From positions 18,724,001 to 18,788,000 of the forward strand of contig OX597829.1 of the NCBI GenBank assembly GCA_951406725.2: DNA of 64,000 bases, read 5' to 3'. Each line of letters begins with the position of its first letter. Position 1 is the first letter of the stretch. The notes under the pieces are model-generated. The model did no database searches, had not been told where the DNA came from, and worked only from the letters and a program-made list of their open reading frames with translations. Shown here piece after piece: positions 1 to 11,859 of the stretch. This stretch comes from Octopus vulgaris. Its lineage: Eukaryota. Position numbers and translations under genes: made by a program.

Positions 1-149
1 ATGTGCATACATGTGCATGCATGTGTTTGTGTATGTATGTATGTATATGTGTGTATGCATATGTAAGAGAGAGAGAGTGTGTGTGTGTGTGTGTGTGTGT
101 GTATCAATTCACCTTCTCCCCCCCCACACACACATAGAAATTCAGTTTT

Positions 150-469
150 CCACATTGAGGAATTTGTGGAATGGCTGGCAGGGGCAAATGGAGTGCGGTG
201 GTATGGGCATGTGTTGAGGAGGGATGAGGAGCATGTTCTGAGGAGGGTACTTGAGTTCGAGGTAAATGGACCGTGAAAGCAAGGTAGACAGAGGAAAATG
301 TGGAGGAGACTGGTGGAAGAGGAGATTGGGAGGGTTGGCTTGAGAAGGGAGGATGCCCAAAACAGGGCAAGATGGTGTGAGGGCGGTTGCTATGGCATTG
401 AAGTAGATCCAGCCACCCCTGACAAAACCCCGGATTTAAAACACTGGATGATGATGATGATGATGATGA
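150..469 (+). mobile_element. RTE-clade LINE 3' fragment (RT C-terminal tail + (GAT)n tail)
   Basis: Translates to GVRWYGHVLRRDEEHVLRRVLEFEVNG*KQGRQRKMWRRLVEEE..LRREDAQNRARW, the typical RTE ORF end; followed by (gat)n at ~447-469. Confidence 0.85.
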
Positions 470-1448
470 CACTCATTCTTACCCGCCTCATCTCTCTCTT
501 TTCTATATTCTTCCTACTTCTCTTTCCATAACTTTTTGCTGTGTGAAGTTTGGTAGACATGGTAACTTTATAATCATAATTTTTGTAATTTGATCCGAAA
601 ATGTAATTTTTCACCTATCCTATATCCTAGTATGTCTTTATGTCTCTGGATTGCTTTACACTGTTGTGTATCTCCTTCTTTTACATATATCATAACGGAC
701 TCTCCATTGATTTTGACACATGAGGGTCTTACAGCATTTTTCTTTTATTTTTTGTTCTGATGTCTCTGTCTCTTGAAACTTCAGTCCAGCCAGTTGTTTG
801 CAGAGGAGTCCACAATTTGGACATGAGAGAGGATTGTTAGAGAAAGTGGCTGGCATGTTAATTCAATACTTTGTCTTTGCTCTTAATACTTTCAAATGAT
901 CCAGATGGCTCAAATGATAGTTCTTAGTGGCTTTATAGCAAGTTAACCTCCATTCATTGCAATTCAGTGAAGTTTCTTCCCAAATGTTTCGATGGAAGGG
1001 TTCTTAGTCACTTTCAGGTTAGCTTTGAGCTTATCCTTGTATCTTAACTGTGGTCTTATATTCCTTCCATCATGGAAATGGTTCTACATAAGGGCTTTTG
1101 GAATTCTGTTGTCACTCATTTCAATAACATAACCAATCCATCTTTAACTGGAATTTCAAAAGAAAAGGTGCAATTCCACTTTTTCTTTCCTTGTTTTTGG
1201 AGAGGTGCTTTGTGGATGCATCCTCATACTTCTGTGATACACATCCAGCTGCCTTCAAAGGACTCAAAAATACTTTTGCACTATCTTTTACATTTAGAGA
1301 ATAGGCCAGCATTCAAAATTCCATCATTCAGGCTATATCCATAAATGGTCTGAAGATTTTGCTTCAGAAAGACATCCAGTTGGTTGATGTGTAATTGAGA
1401 GGGTACCCAGGATACTGGTCCCTACAAGAGAGTAAAAAAGACTACATT

Positions 1449-1592
1449 CTTATTTCTTTACTGCCCACAAAGGGCTACACACAGAGGTGACAAACAAGGA
1501 CAGACAAATGGATTAAGTTGATTATATTGACCCCAGTGCATAACTGGTACTTAATTTATCAACCCTGAAAAGATGAAAAGCAAAGTCGACCT
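1449..1592 (-). mobile_element. tRNA-derived SINE family B (octopus-type), 5'-truncated
   Basis: Matches the copies at 42552-42968 and 47587-47790; caagagagt occurs at 1425-1433 and 1593-1601 (possible TSD). Confidence 0.75.
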
Positions 1593-3510
1593 CAAGAGAG
1601 TCTGAAAGTTGACCATCTGATAAAACAAAAACAAACAAAAAAAAAAACAAAAAAAAACAAAAGAAAAAATGATGACTTAGCATTTTATCAGGTGTACCAG
1701 TTTAGAACTATCCCGAGAGCATTTCTATTGACAATATTGAATGTTTTGGTTAGATCTATGGAAACCACACACAGTTCATGATTTTCCTCACAAACTTTCT
1801 CAGCGATTTGACAAAGTGAAAAGGCCAAGTCAATAGTACCACACCCTGTTCTAAAATCACATTGTGGCTCTGACAGATGGCTTTGATAACATGCATGGTT
1901 ATCCTGTTCAGAATTACTTTTGCCAGAATTTTTTCTGCAATGCATAGGAGTGAGTTTCCACATGAATTATAGCAGACAACTTTTCTTCTCTTGTTTTTGG
2001 AGAGATACTTTGTGGATGCATCCTGTGCACACATCCACATGACTTCAAAGAACTCAGAAAAAGCTTTTGCGCCAACATTATACTGCAATATTTGAAGATT
2101 TCATTTTGTGTACTAACTATCCTTACCAAGGGCTTTGTTTGATGACATTTGCTTTATGGCATCTTGAAGTTCCTTTAAGCATAATTTAAGAGATATCTCT
2201 AGGATATCTGGTCTTTGAAGATTAGAATCAATTACATTGTCATTGATGACAGAGTTGGAATTAAGAATGAAGAACAGTCTCAGAATGCTTCTTCCATTGG
2301 GTAAGCATAAGATTAACAGTCAGAAGAGTCTGATCACCTGAAGCTAGAACAAAAAATGTACCATTTTCCAAGGAACCTTAAAACTCTTTGAGAACTTCAT
2401 AGGAAGCTTTTAAGCCCTCTTTGTTCACTGCTTCCTGGAATTCAGCAGCTTTAGATAATGACCAAAACCCTTTTGTTCTCCTGAAGGAAGTCTGTATCTG
2501 TTTTTTGCATAGTTTGCATGCTTTTTGATATTGGAATGTTTACCATTGATCCTGGCCTTGTGTGAGTCATGCATCTTTTTGATAAATTGCCAAACATTTG
2601 CATTGCTGTCATCAAACCAATCCTGTTGCTTCTGCACAGAGAAGCTCCATATCTCCCCCAAAAATGTTTTATAAATGGCGTTTCTGAGGAATTTCCAAGA
2701 TGATTCGTTATCATCAGTTATTTGCACTGAATCAGAAGAAATTTCACATTGGATCAGATAACTCTTTTGTTATATGGATGGATTTCAATGGCCAAATGCT
2801 GATGCATTTTGAGATTGATTAGTTGGTTATACAACACTTCTTTCAAGAAATGTGGGAGGAAACATTGCTATGCAAAAAAAATAAAAGAAATAAATAAAAA
2901 TAAAAAGCATGATCTAAAAGATAACAGGTGTTGTGGAAGAAATGAGTGATGCTGAAGTCCTTCATGTCATGCTGCCTTGTGATTATGTAATTAGTCATAT
3001 GCTGATCTTTTGATCTTAAATGTATCCAAGTTGATTTGTGGTTCTTTGTCTGTTGGTAGAAAGTGTTGGTGGCTGCAAGATAAAGTTTTCTGCAAAATAA
3101 AAGACATAAACCCTTTGAGTTCATTCACTCTGACCAAGAATATTACACTATATTTGATGGTCAGCATTCACTCAAGCATCGAAGCCTCCTGTCAAAACTA
3201 GTGTGTCCTTATGCAGATACCTCAGTAAGTTGCTTGTAAGTTGCTTACTTGTAGTAAGTTGCCTGTATAGTTTTTTCTTTCTCCTGCTCTGAGAAAGACG
3301 GGACTGGAGCATAACAGCTGACTAATGTGACAAAAGTATCGTTTTCCAAGTCTAGCAAGTCAGTGACTCCAGAAGGAAGGGAAGATAGAGACTTCCCAAG
3401 CTGAGATTTCATTGCAAAGCCAACGTTTGGCAGACGTGTAAGTGTATGCCCCACCCACACTCCTCCAGCTGAGAAATACCTGCAAGATGAATTTCACTGA
3501 ATGCAGATAT

Positions 3511-3909
3511 TCTTTTATTTGTTTCAGTCATTTGACTGCGGCCATGCTGGAGCACCGCCTTTAGTCTAGCAAATCGACCCCAGGACTTAGTCGTTGTAAG
3601 CCTAGTACTTATTTTATCAGTCTCTTTTTGTCAAACTGCTAAGTTATGGGGACGTAAACACATCAGCATCAGTTGTCAAGCAATGTTGGGGGGACAGACA
3701 GACACACAAGGATACACACACTCACACACACATATATATATATATATGACAGGCTTCTTTCAGTTTCTGTCTACCAAATCCACTCACAAGGTTTTGGTCA
3801 GCCTGAGGCTATAGTAGAAGACACTTGCCCAAGGTGCAACGCAGTGGGACTGAATCCATGACCATGTGGTTGGTAAGCAAGCTACTTACCACACAGCTAC
3901 TCCTGCGCC
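3511..3909 (-). mobile_element. tRNA-derived SINE family A (CORE-like; resembles octopus OR-type SINEs), full length
   Basis: Head ggcgcaggagt.gctgtgtggtaag with A/B-box-like motifs, CORE-like accttgggcaagtgtctt, internal (TA/CA)n, tail tgactgaaacaa.taaaaga; >20 related copies in window. Confidence 0.85.
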
Positions 3910-4562
3910 ATGTTGTACTTAATCAGAGCATTAGATATCATTGCCATTTTATGTTCAGGAGTGGAATCATATTTTGGAGCATACAGACATTCCATGAGTC
4001 AAGGTTCAATTCCTTCTTACATTTTTTGTTACATTTTTGACTGTGGTACACAATGACCAGACAGCTGCCGAGTTAGAGACTCAAGCAAGCAATATTTAGA
4101 ATTCTTTTTATCATTTTCTCTTTGCATAAGGAAAGCAATGCTGTATCTGAATAGATGTGCTGTGACACCATTGGAGGAGATGGACAGCATAAAGGCCCAT
4201 GGTTTTATGCATGAATGGCCAAGGGGAGCTTCAGTTGGCGAGTACTACTAATATCCCTTATCTGTCCATGTCACCTTAACTCTCTTGCCAGTGGACATGT
4301 TTACATGCTTTTGGTTGAATAGTGAATAGCAGGGGAATTGCAGAGCTACACTAGATGACCCACACAAATAATTTGTTTTCCATGGTAAAGACTGTTTCGA
4401 AATGCTGATGGCAGAAAGTTGGTGCAAGTGTTTACCACAAACTCAATGAATCACATACCTGAGCCATAGAGGTCTTCACCTCCTGGGTTAGTTCTGTTTT
4501 CTACACTTGTCAGCTAAATGCACACCTGGGTACCAAACCAGACATTTCTAAGTCCCCATTCA

Positions 4563-4915
4563 TTCATCATCATCATCATCATCAAACTTCCATTTCCCAT
4601 GCTGGCATGCGTTGGACAGCTTGACAGGAGCTGGCCAGTTGAAGAGCTGCCCAGGTCCTGTGTCTGTTTTGGCATAGTTTCTACAGCTGAAGGCCCTTCC
4701 TAACATCAACCACTCTACAGAGTGTACTGGGTGCTTTTACATAGCACCAACATGGTGTTGTGTAAAAGCACCTGTACATGGCATCAGTACAGGTGCTTTC
4801 TGCATGGCACCTGCACTCACAAAACTGCAGGATTGGGAATGCTCAGCTGGAGAGGAATGCAGGGGACAAACCTGTATGCAGAAGACAACCATAATTTTGC
4901 TTAGCTTGATGTAGA
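4563..4915 (-). mobile_element. RTE LINE 3'-UTR fragment
   Basis: (cat)n tail followed by ccatgctggcatg..ctacagctg..gcccttcctaac motif shared with 30399-30900. Confidence 0.75.
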
Positions 4916-5090
4916 TGGCCATTGACTCTCCAGAGTTCATCTGCCCTGGGATGGATCTTATTTTTCTTCCTGCAGGGTATTCAAAAGCCACCCTGCCCAC
5001 CAAACAGAGTGGTGGTATTGTCAGTTTAGACACTGACTGTCTAACAATGGATTAGGCTGCATTGGCTGATATATCTGTCTGTCTGTCTGT

Positions 5091-5309
5091 ATTCTTTTAT
5101 TCTTTTACTTGTTTCAGTCATTTGACTGCGGCCATGCTGGAGCTCCACATTTAGTCAAACAATTTGACCCCAGGACTTACTCTTTGTAAGCCTAGTACTT
5201 ATTCTGTTCATCTCTTTTTGCCGAACCACTATGTTACAGAGATGTAAACACACCAGCATCAGTTGTCAGGTGATGGTGGGAGGACCAACACGGACACACA
5301 AAACATACA

Positions 5310-5367
<58 letters not shown>

Positions 5368-6035
5368 TATATACAAAATGAGAAAATGGAGAAACATACT
5401 TAAATCAATCAATCATCAACCATCAGATAATACCCAATCAATACTTTATTACACCATTACATAACAGCAAAGACATTATACATAATATATTGCAAATATA
5501 ACTAGACATGGAAATAGAAATATAAAATACAATTACATCATATCTGACAGCTGTTTCGGCCGTGAAGACAAGTATGTCTCATTTAACCTATTAGCCATAT
5601 AAAGCAGGTATAAATGAAACATTAACAAGGATGTCTCACGGCCTCTTCAGAGAATTTAATATAAGTGTGAAAAAAATTTACATATAAATACTAGCATGGG
5701 TTGGACAGTTTGACTGGGGTCTGGGAAGCACCAGGCTCCAGTCTGATCTGGCAGTGTTTCTACAGCTGGATGCCCTTCCTAACGCCAACCACTCCTTGAG
5801 TGTAGTGGGTGCTTTTTACGTGCCTTTTTATATACATACATACATACATACATATATATATATATATGTATGAGACAGGCTTCTTTCAGTTTCCATCTAC
5901 CAAATCCACTCACAAGGCTTTGGTTGGCTAAAAGCTATAGCAGAAGACACTTTCCCAAGGTGCTATGCAGTGGGACTGAACCTGGAAGCATGTGGTTGGT
6001 AAGGAAGCTTCTTACAACACACCCACTCCTGTGCC
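5091..6035 (-). mobile_element. SINE family A split by nested insertions in its internal (TA)n
   Basis: 3' half at ~5091-5312 and 5' half at ~5872-6035, separated by a Penelope-like piece (5373-5690) and an RTE 3' piece (5691-5830). Confidence 0.75.
5543..5653 (-). ncRNA. Type-I hammerhead ribozyme fold (Penelope-like), intact core
   Basis: Minus strand: ucu-CUGAAGA-ggccgugagaca...ugucuucacggcc-GAAA-cagcug-UC-aga; 12-bp stem II with one bulge, palindromic stem III, GUC site. Confidence 0.75.
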
Positions 6036-6048
6036 TAAATATATATAT

Positions 6049-6472
6049 CATCATCATCATCATCATCATCATTGTTTAACGTCCGTTTTCCATGCTAGCA
6101 TGGGTTGGATGGTTCGACCGGGGTCTGGGAAGCCAGGAGGCTGCACCAGGCTCCAGTCTGATCTGGCAGTGTTTCTACAGCTGGATACCCTTCCTAACGC
6201 CAACCACTCCGTGAGTGTAGTAGGTGCTTTTTACATGCCATGGCACAGGCGCCAGGGGAGGCTGGCAACGGCCACAATCGGTTGGTGCTTTTTACATGCC
6301 ACCAGCATGGATGCTAGTCAAGGCGGTGCTGGCATCGGCCATTTTCGGATGGTGCTTTTTACGGGCCACTGGCCCAGGTATCACAACTACAATTCCCATT
6401 TGATTTTTGATGTTGATGTACTTGACTCAATAGGTCTCCTCAAGCACAGCAGGGGTTGCCCTACGATCCAAG
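6049..6472 (-). mobile_element. RTE LINE 3'-UTR fragment
   Basis: (cat)n + gtttaacgtccgttttccatgctagcatgggttgg, close to the 3' UTR of the RTE at 30399; flanked by (TA)n. Confidence 0.85.
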
Positions 6473-6520
6473 GTATATATATATATATATGTGTGTGTGT
6501 ACATACATATGTATGTGATG

Positions 6521-6662
6521 GGTTAGCTGGCTAAAAACTTCGAAGTCACTGTTAATACTAAAGAATAATAAATTTGTACTCTACAAAAGTGTGGAGTAAC
6601 CCATCAGATTAATGCAAAATTGGTTTTATTAGAACTGAACATAAAAGCAAACATTAATATAC
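6521..6662. repeat. Unclassified dispersed repeat (second copy at ~18061-18212)
   Basis: tagctggctaaaa..gaataataaat.tgt.ctcta.aaaagt...agtaaccca...gattaatg.aaaattg.tttt shared by both loci. Confidence 0.65.
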
Positions 6663-6663
6663 T

Positions 6664-7405
<742 letters not shown>

Positions 7406-7804
7406 TTACTGCTGGATGCCAGATGAGGACATCCTGTTTATTTATTATTATTTATTTATTAAAATTATTTTTTTTATTACTATTATTATTAAATTATTAT
7501 TTTATCCTTATTACCTATTATTTTGCTACCACTAATAATACCAACACACCACCTGCCAGCTCTTTTTATCATCCTACATCCACCTATTTAAATTTTTTTT
7601 TTTTCCTTTTTTCACCTGAATTTTGCTTTTCTTTTTTGTCATCTCCACCTAAAACCTTTTCTTTTCTTCTTCTCTTGTCATTTTTCTACTTGGGTTCTGC
7701 CCCTCCCCCCCCCCCCCAATGCTCACCCATCCACCTCTGCACCTAATACTACACACAGCCAATCCATTTGTCATACATATCCTTTCATTGTTGGCTCTTC
7801 ATTC

Positions 7805-8880
7805 TCTGTCTTCTCTTTCTTTCTTTCTTTCTTTCTCTCTTTCTTCCTCTCTTTCTTTCTTTCTTTGTTGCTTTTTTTGTTTGTGTTTCTTGTTTTTCTT
7901 CTCCATTTCTTTTTCATTCTTCCTTCTTTGTTTCTTTCTTTTCTTCCTTCTTTGTTTCTTTCTTTTTTCTTTCTTTCTCTTTTCTTCCTTCTTTGTTTCT
8001 TTCTTTTTTCTTTCTTTCTCTTTTCTTCCTTCTTTCTTTTTTCTTTCTTTCTCTTTTCTTCCTTCTTTGTTTCTTTCTTTTTTCTTTCTTTCTCTTTTCT
8101 TCTTTCTTTGTTTCTTTCTTTTTTCTTTCTTTCTCTTTTCTTCCTTCTTTGTTTCTTTCTTCTCTTCTTTCTTTCCTTTTTGTTTGTTTCTTTTTCTCCT
8201 CCCCTCCCCCTCCCCACCCTCCTCGTCCATTTCTTTCTCTTTCTTTCTATTTCTCTTTTCTTTCTTTCTCTTTTTTCTTTCTATCTTTCTTTTTCTTTCC
8301 TTTTCTTTCTTTCCTTTTGTTTTTTCTTTGCTTCTTCTTTTTCCTCTCCTATATTTCTTTCTGTTTCTTTTTTCTTTCTTTTTCCTTTCGTTCTATTTCT
8401 TTTTCTTTCTTTCTTTCTTTTTTCATTCTTTCTCTTTCTTTCTTTCCTGTTGTTTGTTTGTTTCTCTTTCCCTTCCTCCATTTCTTTCTCTTTTTTCCCT
8501 CTATCTTTCTTTCTTCCTTTCTCTTTCTTTTTTCTTTCTTTCTCTTACTTTCCTTTAGTTTGTTTGCTTCTTTTTTCCTCTTTCTCCATTTCTTTCTCTT
8601 TCTTTTTTCTTTCTTTCTTTCTCTTTCGTTTTCTTTCTTTCTCTTTCTTTCCTTTTGCTTGTTTGTTTCTTCTTTTTCTCTTCCTCCATTTCTTTCTCTT
8701 TCTCTTTCTTTTTTTCTCTCTCTCCTTTTGTTTGTTTCTTCTTTTTATCCTCTTTCTCCATTTCTTTATCTTTCTCTTTCCCACTGTTGCTGCAGCCAGC
8801 AGTGTCACCACCACCACCACCACCACCACCACCACCACAACCACTACCACCACTATTATCATCATCATCATCATCATCGT
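7805..8880. repeat. ~1-kb polypyrimidine (TTTC-type) tract with an internal ~41-bp tandem unit, then (CAC)n(CAT)n
   Basis: Unit cttccttctttgtttctttcttttttctttctttctctttt repeated about 5 times at ~7943-8160. Confidence 0.9.
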
Positions 8881-9808
8881 ATTTCCTCTTCTGATTCCCC
8901 TCCCACCCTTCTTCTGTTTCCTCATCCCTTGTACTTCCTATTTTTCTTCCCCTTGTGTCTCCACAACTTTCTGCCAGCCATCGCACTCCACCCCTCCTCC
9001 TCACTCCCACCTGCCCTCACCACCGTTCCATCTAATCTTCTGGTGTTCTTCTTTAGTCTTCTACTAAATCTTGTGGTAAATTCCATATCTCCCACCACTT
9101 CCCCTTACTCCCACCACGGACAGCCCCCCCCCCCGATCATCATCACCACCACCACCACCACCACCACCACTACCACTACCACATCCCTCTTACCATTCTC
9201 AATTATAATGGAGCTGGTTCTAGTCTCCTTTTTAATTTTCATTTATTTATTGATTTCCTTTTTTTTTCTCCTCCATTCACCTCCTCCTCCACACACTCTT
9301 CTCACCCTCACCCATCCACTAGTTCCTTTCCTCCTTTCTCCTGCCAGTAATCCAAGATACCATCAGCTTTATTTTAGGTAAGAAAGTCAGCAGCAGAATT
9401 GGTTTAGGGTATTATTTGTGGGAGCTGGTCTATGCCAAGGAGAGATGATTCTGGCTAAGAAGTAAAGAAAAAACAAAAAAAAAAAGTCCTTTCTTCCCAG
9501 TCAGATTGTCTGGGCTGGCAAACACCCCCTCCCCCCATCCCCAACAACTCATCCACGCTCCCCTCCCACCCTCCTACTCTGTTTTGTTTTCTTTTGTTCC
9601 ATGCAAGAACTCAACTGTCCCCTAACAAGGTATACAGGTAATTAGCAGTTGTTCATTTGACCAGGGGATTTTAAAGGTAATTTTAAGTTCAGCATGTGTG
9701 TGTGTGTGTCTGTGTGTGTGTGTATACGTGTGTGTGTTTTCATTAATAACATATATATTGTGATTTTATATGTACATATTTGCTTGTGTGTATATATATA
9801 TATATATA

Positions 9809-10215
9809 TTCTTTTAATTTTTTCAATCATTTGACTGTGGCCATGCTAGAGCACCGCCTTTAATCGAGCAAACTGACCCCAGGACTTATTCTTTGTAAGC
9901 CTAGTACCTATTCTATCGGTCTCTTTTTGCTGAACCGCTAAGTTACGGGGACATAAACACACCAGCATCGGTTGTTAGGCAATGTTGGGAGAACAAACAC
10001 AGACACACAAATACATACACGCACATACATATATATATATATATATATACATATATACGACAGGCCCCTTTCAGTTTCCATCTACCAAATCCACTCACAA
10101 GGCTTTAGTCGGCCCGAAGCTATAGTAGACACTTGCCTAAGGTGCCATGCAGTGGGACTGAACCCAGAACCATGCGGTTGGTAAGCACACTACTTACCAC
10201 ACAGCCACTCCTGCA

Positions 10216-10216
<1 letters not shown>
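9809..10216 (-). mobile_element. SINE family A, full length
   Basis: Same sequence family as 3511-3909. Confidence 0.85.
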
Positions 10217-10258
<42 letters not shown>

Positions 10259-10409
10259 GTATGTATATACATATATATATATATATACATATATATATAC
10301 ATATATATATACATATATATATATATAACAATTGCAGCGTGGAAGGTGTTTGTAAGCCATTTAAGAAACACACAAAAGCCGTTCAATTCACTTCAACATT
10401 TAAGTTTAA

Positions 10410-10459
10410 TTTGTCAAAATATTTTCGTCGCTAAAATCCACGACCTGTTCACTGACAAA
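10410..10459 (-). ncRNA. Minimal hammerhead fold, G3-C8 core variant (copy 1)
   Basis: Minus strand: uuuguca-GUGAACA-g-gucgu-ggauuuua-gcgac-GAAA-auau-UU-ugacaaa. Confidence 0.6.
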
Positions 10460-10536
10460 AATCCGTTCTGCATCTGAGAAAGTAACAGTTAGTTCTGTAA
10501 CTGTTACAACTGTTACTTTCAGATGCAGCACAGATT

Positions 10537-10586
10537 TTTGTCAGTGAACAGGTCGCGGATTTTAGCGACGAAAATATTTTGACAAA
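10537..10586 (+). ncRNA. Minimal hammerhead fold, G3-C8 core variant (copy 2)
   Basis: uuuguca-GUGAACA-g-gucgc-ggauuuua-gcgac-GAAA-auau-UU-ugacaaa: 7-bp stem I, 5-bp stem II, palindromic AAUAUU stem III. Confidence 0.65.
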
Positions 10587-10721
10587 TTAAACTTAAATGT
10601 TGAAGTGAATCGAACGGCTTTTGTGTGTTTCTTAAATGGCTTACAAACACCTTCCACGCTGCAATTGTTTTCGTTTCAGCACACGATCTCAGATCAAATT
10701 ACTTGCTATGCGAGTACATCT

Positions 10722-10781
<60 letters not shown>

Positions 10782-10877
10782 GTGTAATAAATAGAATATA
10801 TGCATACATACAAACATATATGTACGTACCTACATCTACATGTATATATATACATGCATATATAAATAAATATATGT

Positions 10878-11300
10878 ACAGGACACCACAAAAAGACGTA
10901 GAACTCAACAGAAACGAAAACGGAAAAGCCATTTTTTACAACAGAAAGACAGAGACGTGGAACAGGACGAGAACGAAAACAGGAAAAACATTATTTACAA
11001 CAGAAAAACAAGGTATAGGACATATTACACAAGGAAAAATCCCCTTCATCAGCTGTCGCTAGTAGACTTAGCGTGTTTCGCAGGCAAGACAGGACACGAC
11101 TCGTCAATACTAGGCCTTCCTGCGAGAGAATTAAAATAAAATAACCTCGCAGAAGGGTAAAACAAGCACGAAAAAAATGTAACACAAACAGGACGTAACA
11201 ATAAAACTGCACAATAAAATACATGTACAAGAAAATACAATACGAGAAATCAAAATAAACAAGAAAACAAACGAGAAAAACAAACGAAGGCCTTTGTTCT
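10878..11300 (-). mobile_element. Probable Penelope-like non-autonomous fragment with a structured core
   Basis: T-rich blocks around hairpins and GAAAC..CUGAUGA motifs (11040-11160); abuts (TA)n. Confidence 0.4.
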
Positions 11301-11319
11301 GGCTGGGATGGAAGAGGTT

Positions 11320-11437
11320 CTGGCAAGTGCATGGAAACATGACCTTACAGTTTGAAAGCAACGTGCAAATTGTCCAACCCATGTCAGCATGGAAAGCGGA
11401 CGCTAAACGATGATGATGATGATGATATATACATATG

Positions 11438-11468
<31 letters not shown>

Positions 11469-11850
11469 GTATATTATAAAAGAAGTGCCAAGCTCTAAAA
11501 TTGTGGAGAGTTAATTTTGGAAGGAGAGACCCAGAATGACGTAGAACAAATTGATGAGAAACAAATTTCAGACACTGGGCTTCACTGAGGAAATGACGAG
11601 GGACTGGGAGATGTGGTCATTTCTTGTAGTTGATAAGACATGTCAAACTAAGTAAAACCGCTGTCTTCCACACATACATACTTGCCCTTTCAGGTGCCGG
11701 TACCATGTAACATCTGTGCTGGTGCTGCATTAACGCATCTGTGTCACTGCTGTGTAAATGCACCCTTGACACTCTGTTAAATGGTTGGCATTAGGAAAGA
11801 CATCCAGCCATAGAAACCATTTCACAATGGAGAATTGGAGTCTGGACACA
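11320..11850 (+). mobile_element. Two RTE 3' fragments
   Basis: 11320-11425: cagcatggaaagcggacgctaaacgatgatg tail; 11480-11850: GRPRMT..LGFTEEMTRD-like coding end plus ggttggcattaggaa UTR motif. Confidence 0.65.
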
Positions 11851-11859
11851 CATCCTGGT

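Larger units (their letters stand above)
700..4020 (-). mobile_element. Degraded RTE/BovB-like LINE (APE endonuclease, partial RT, C-terminal Cys motif), interrupted by two SINEs
   Basis: Ordered minus-strand fragments: WNV..KYN / SAFSEIHL, VGFAMKS..TLVSCYAP, TNTFYQ..KSTWIHLRSK..NYIITRQ (APE); QQDWFDD; QCDFRTGCGTIDLAFSLCQIAEK..IDLTKTFNIVNR (RT); RWIGYVIEMSDNRIPKAL..LRYKDKLK; CPNCGLLCKQLAGL. Confidence 0.85.
10327..10723. mobile_element. Fold-back non-autonomous Penelope-like element with two inverted hammerhead folds
   Basis: Arms 10327-10490 and 10508-10669 are near-perfect reverse complements; unique extension to 10723; (TA)n on both sides; related copy at 17317-17542. Confidence 0.7.

Noticed and set aside
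9351-9384. Possible 28-nt micro-exon (cag|...tag|gtaaga)
   Set aside because: Splice-like words only; no neighbouring exons or frame evidence
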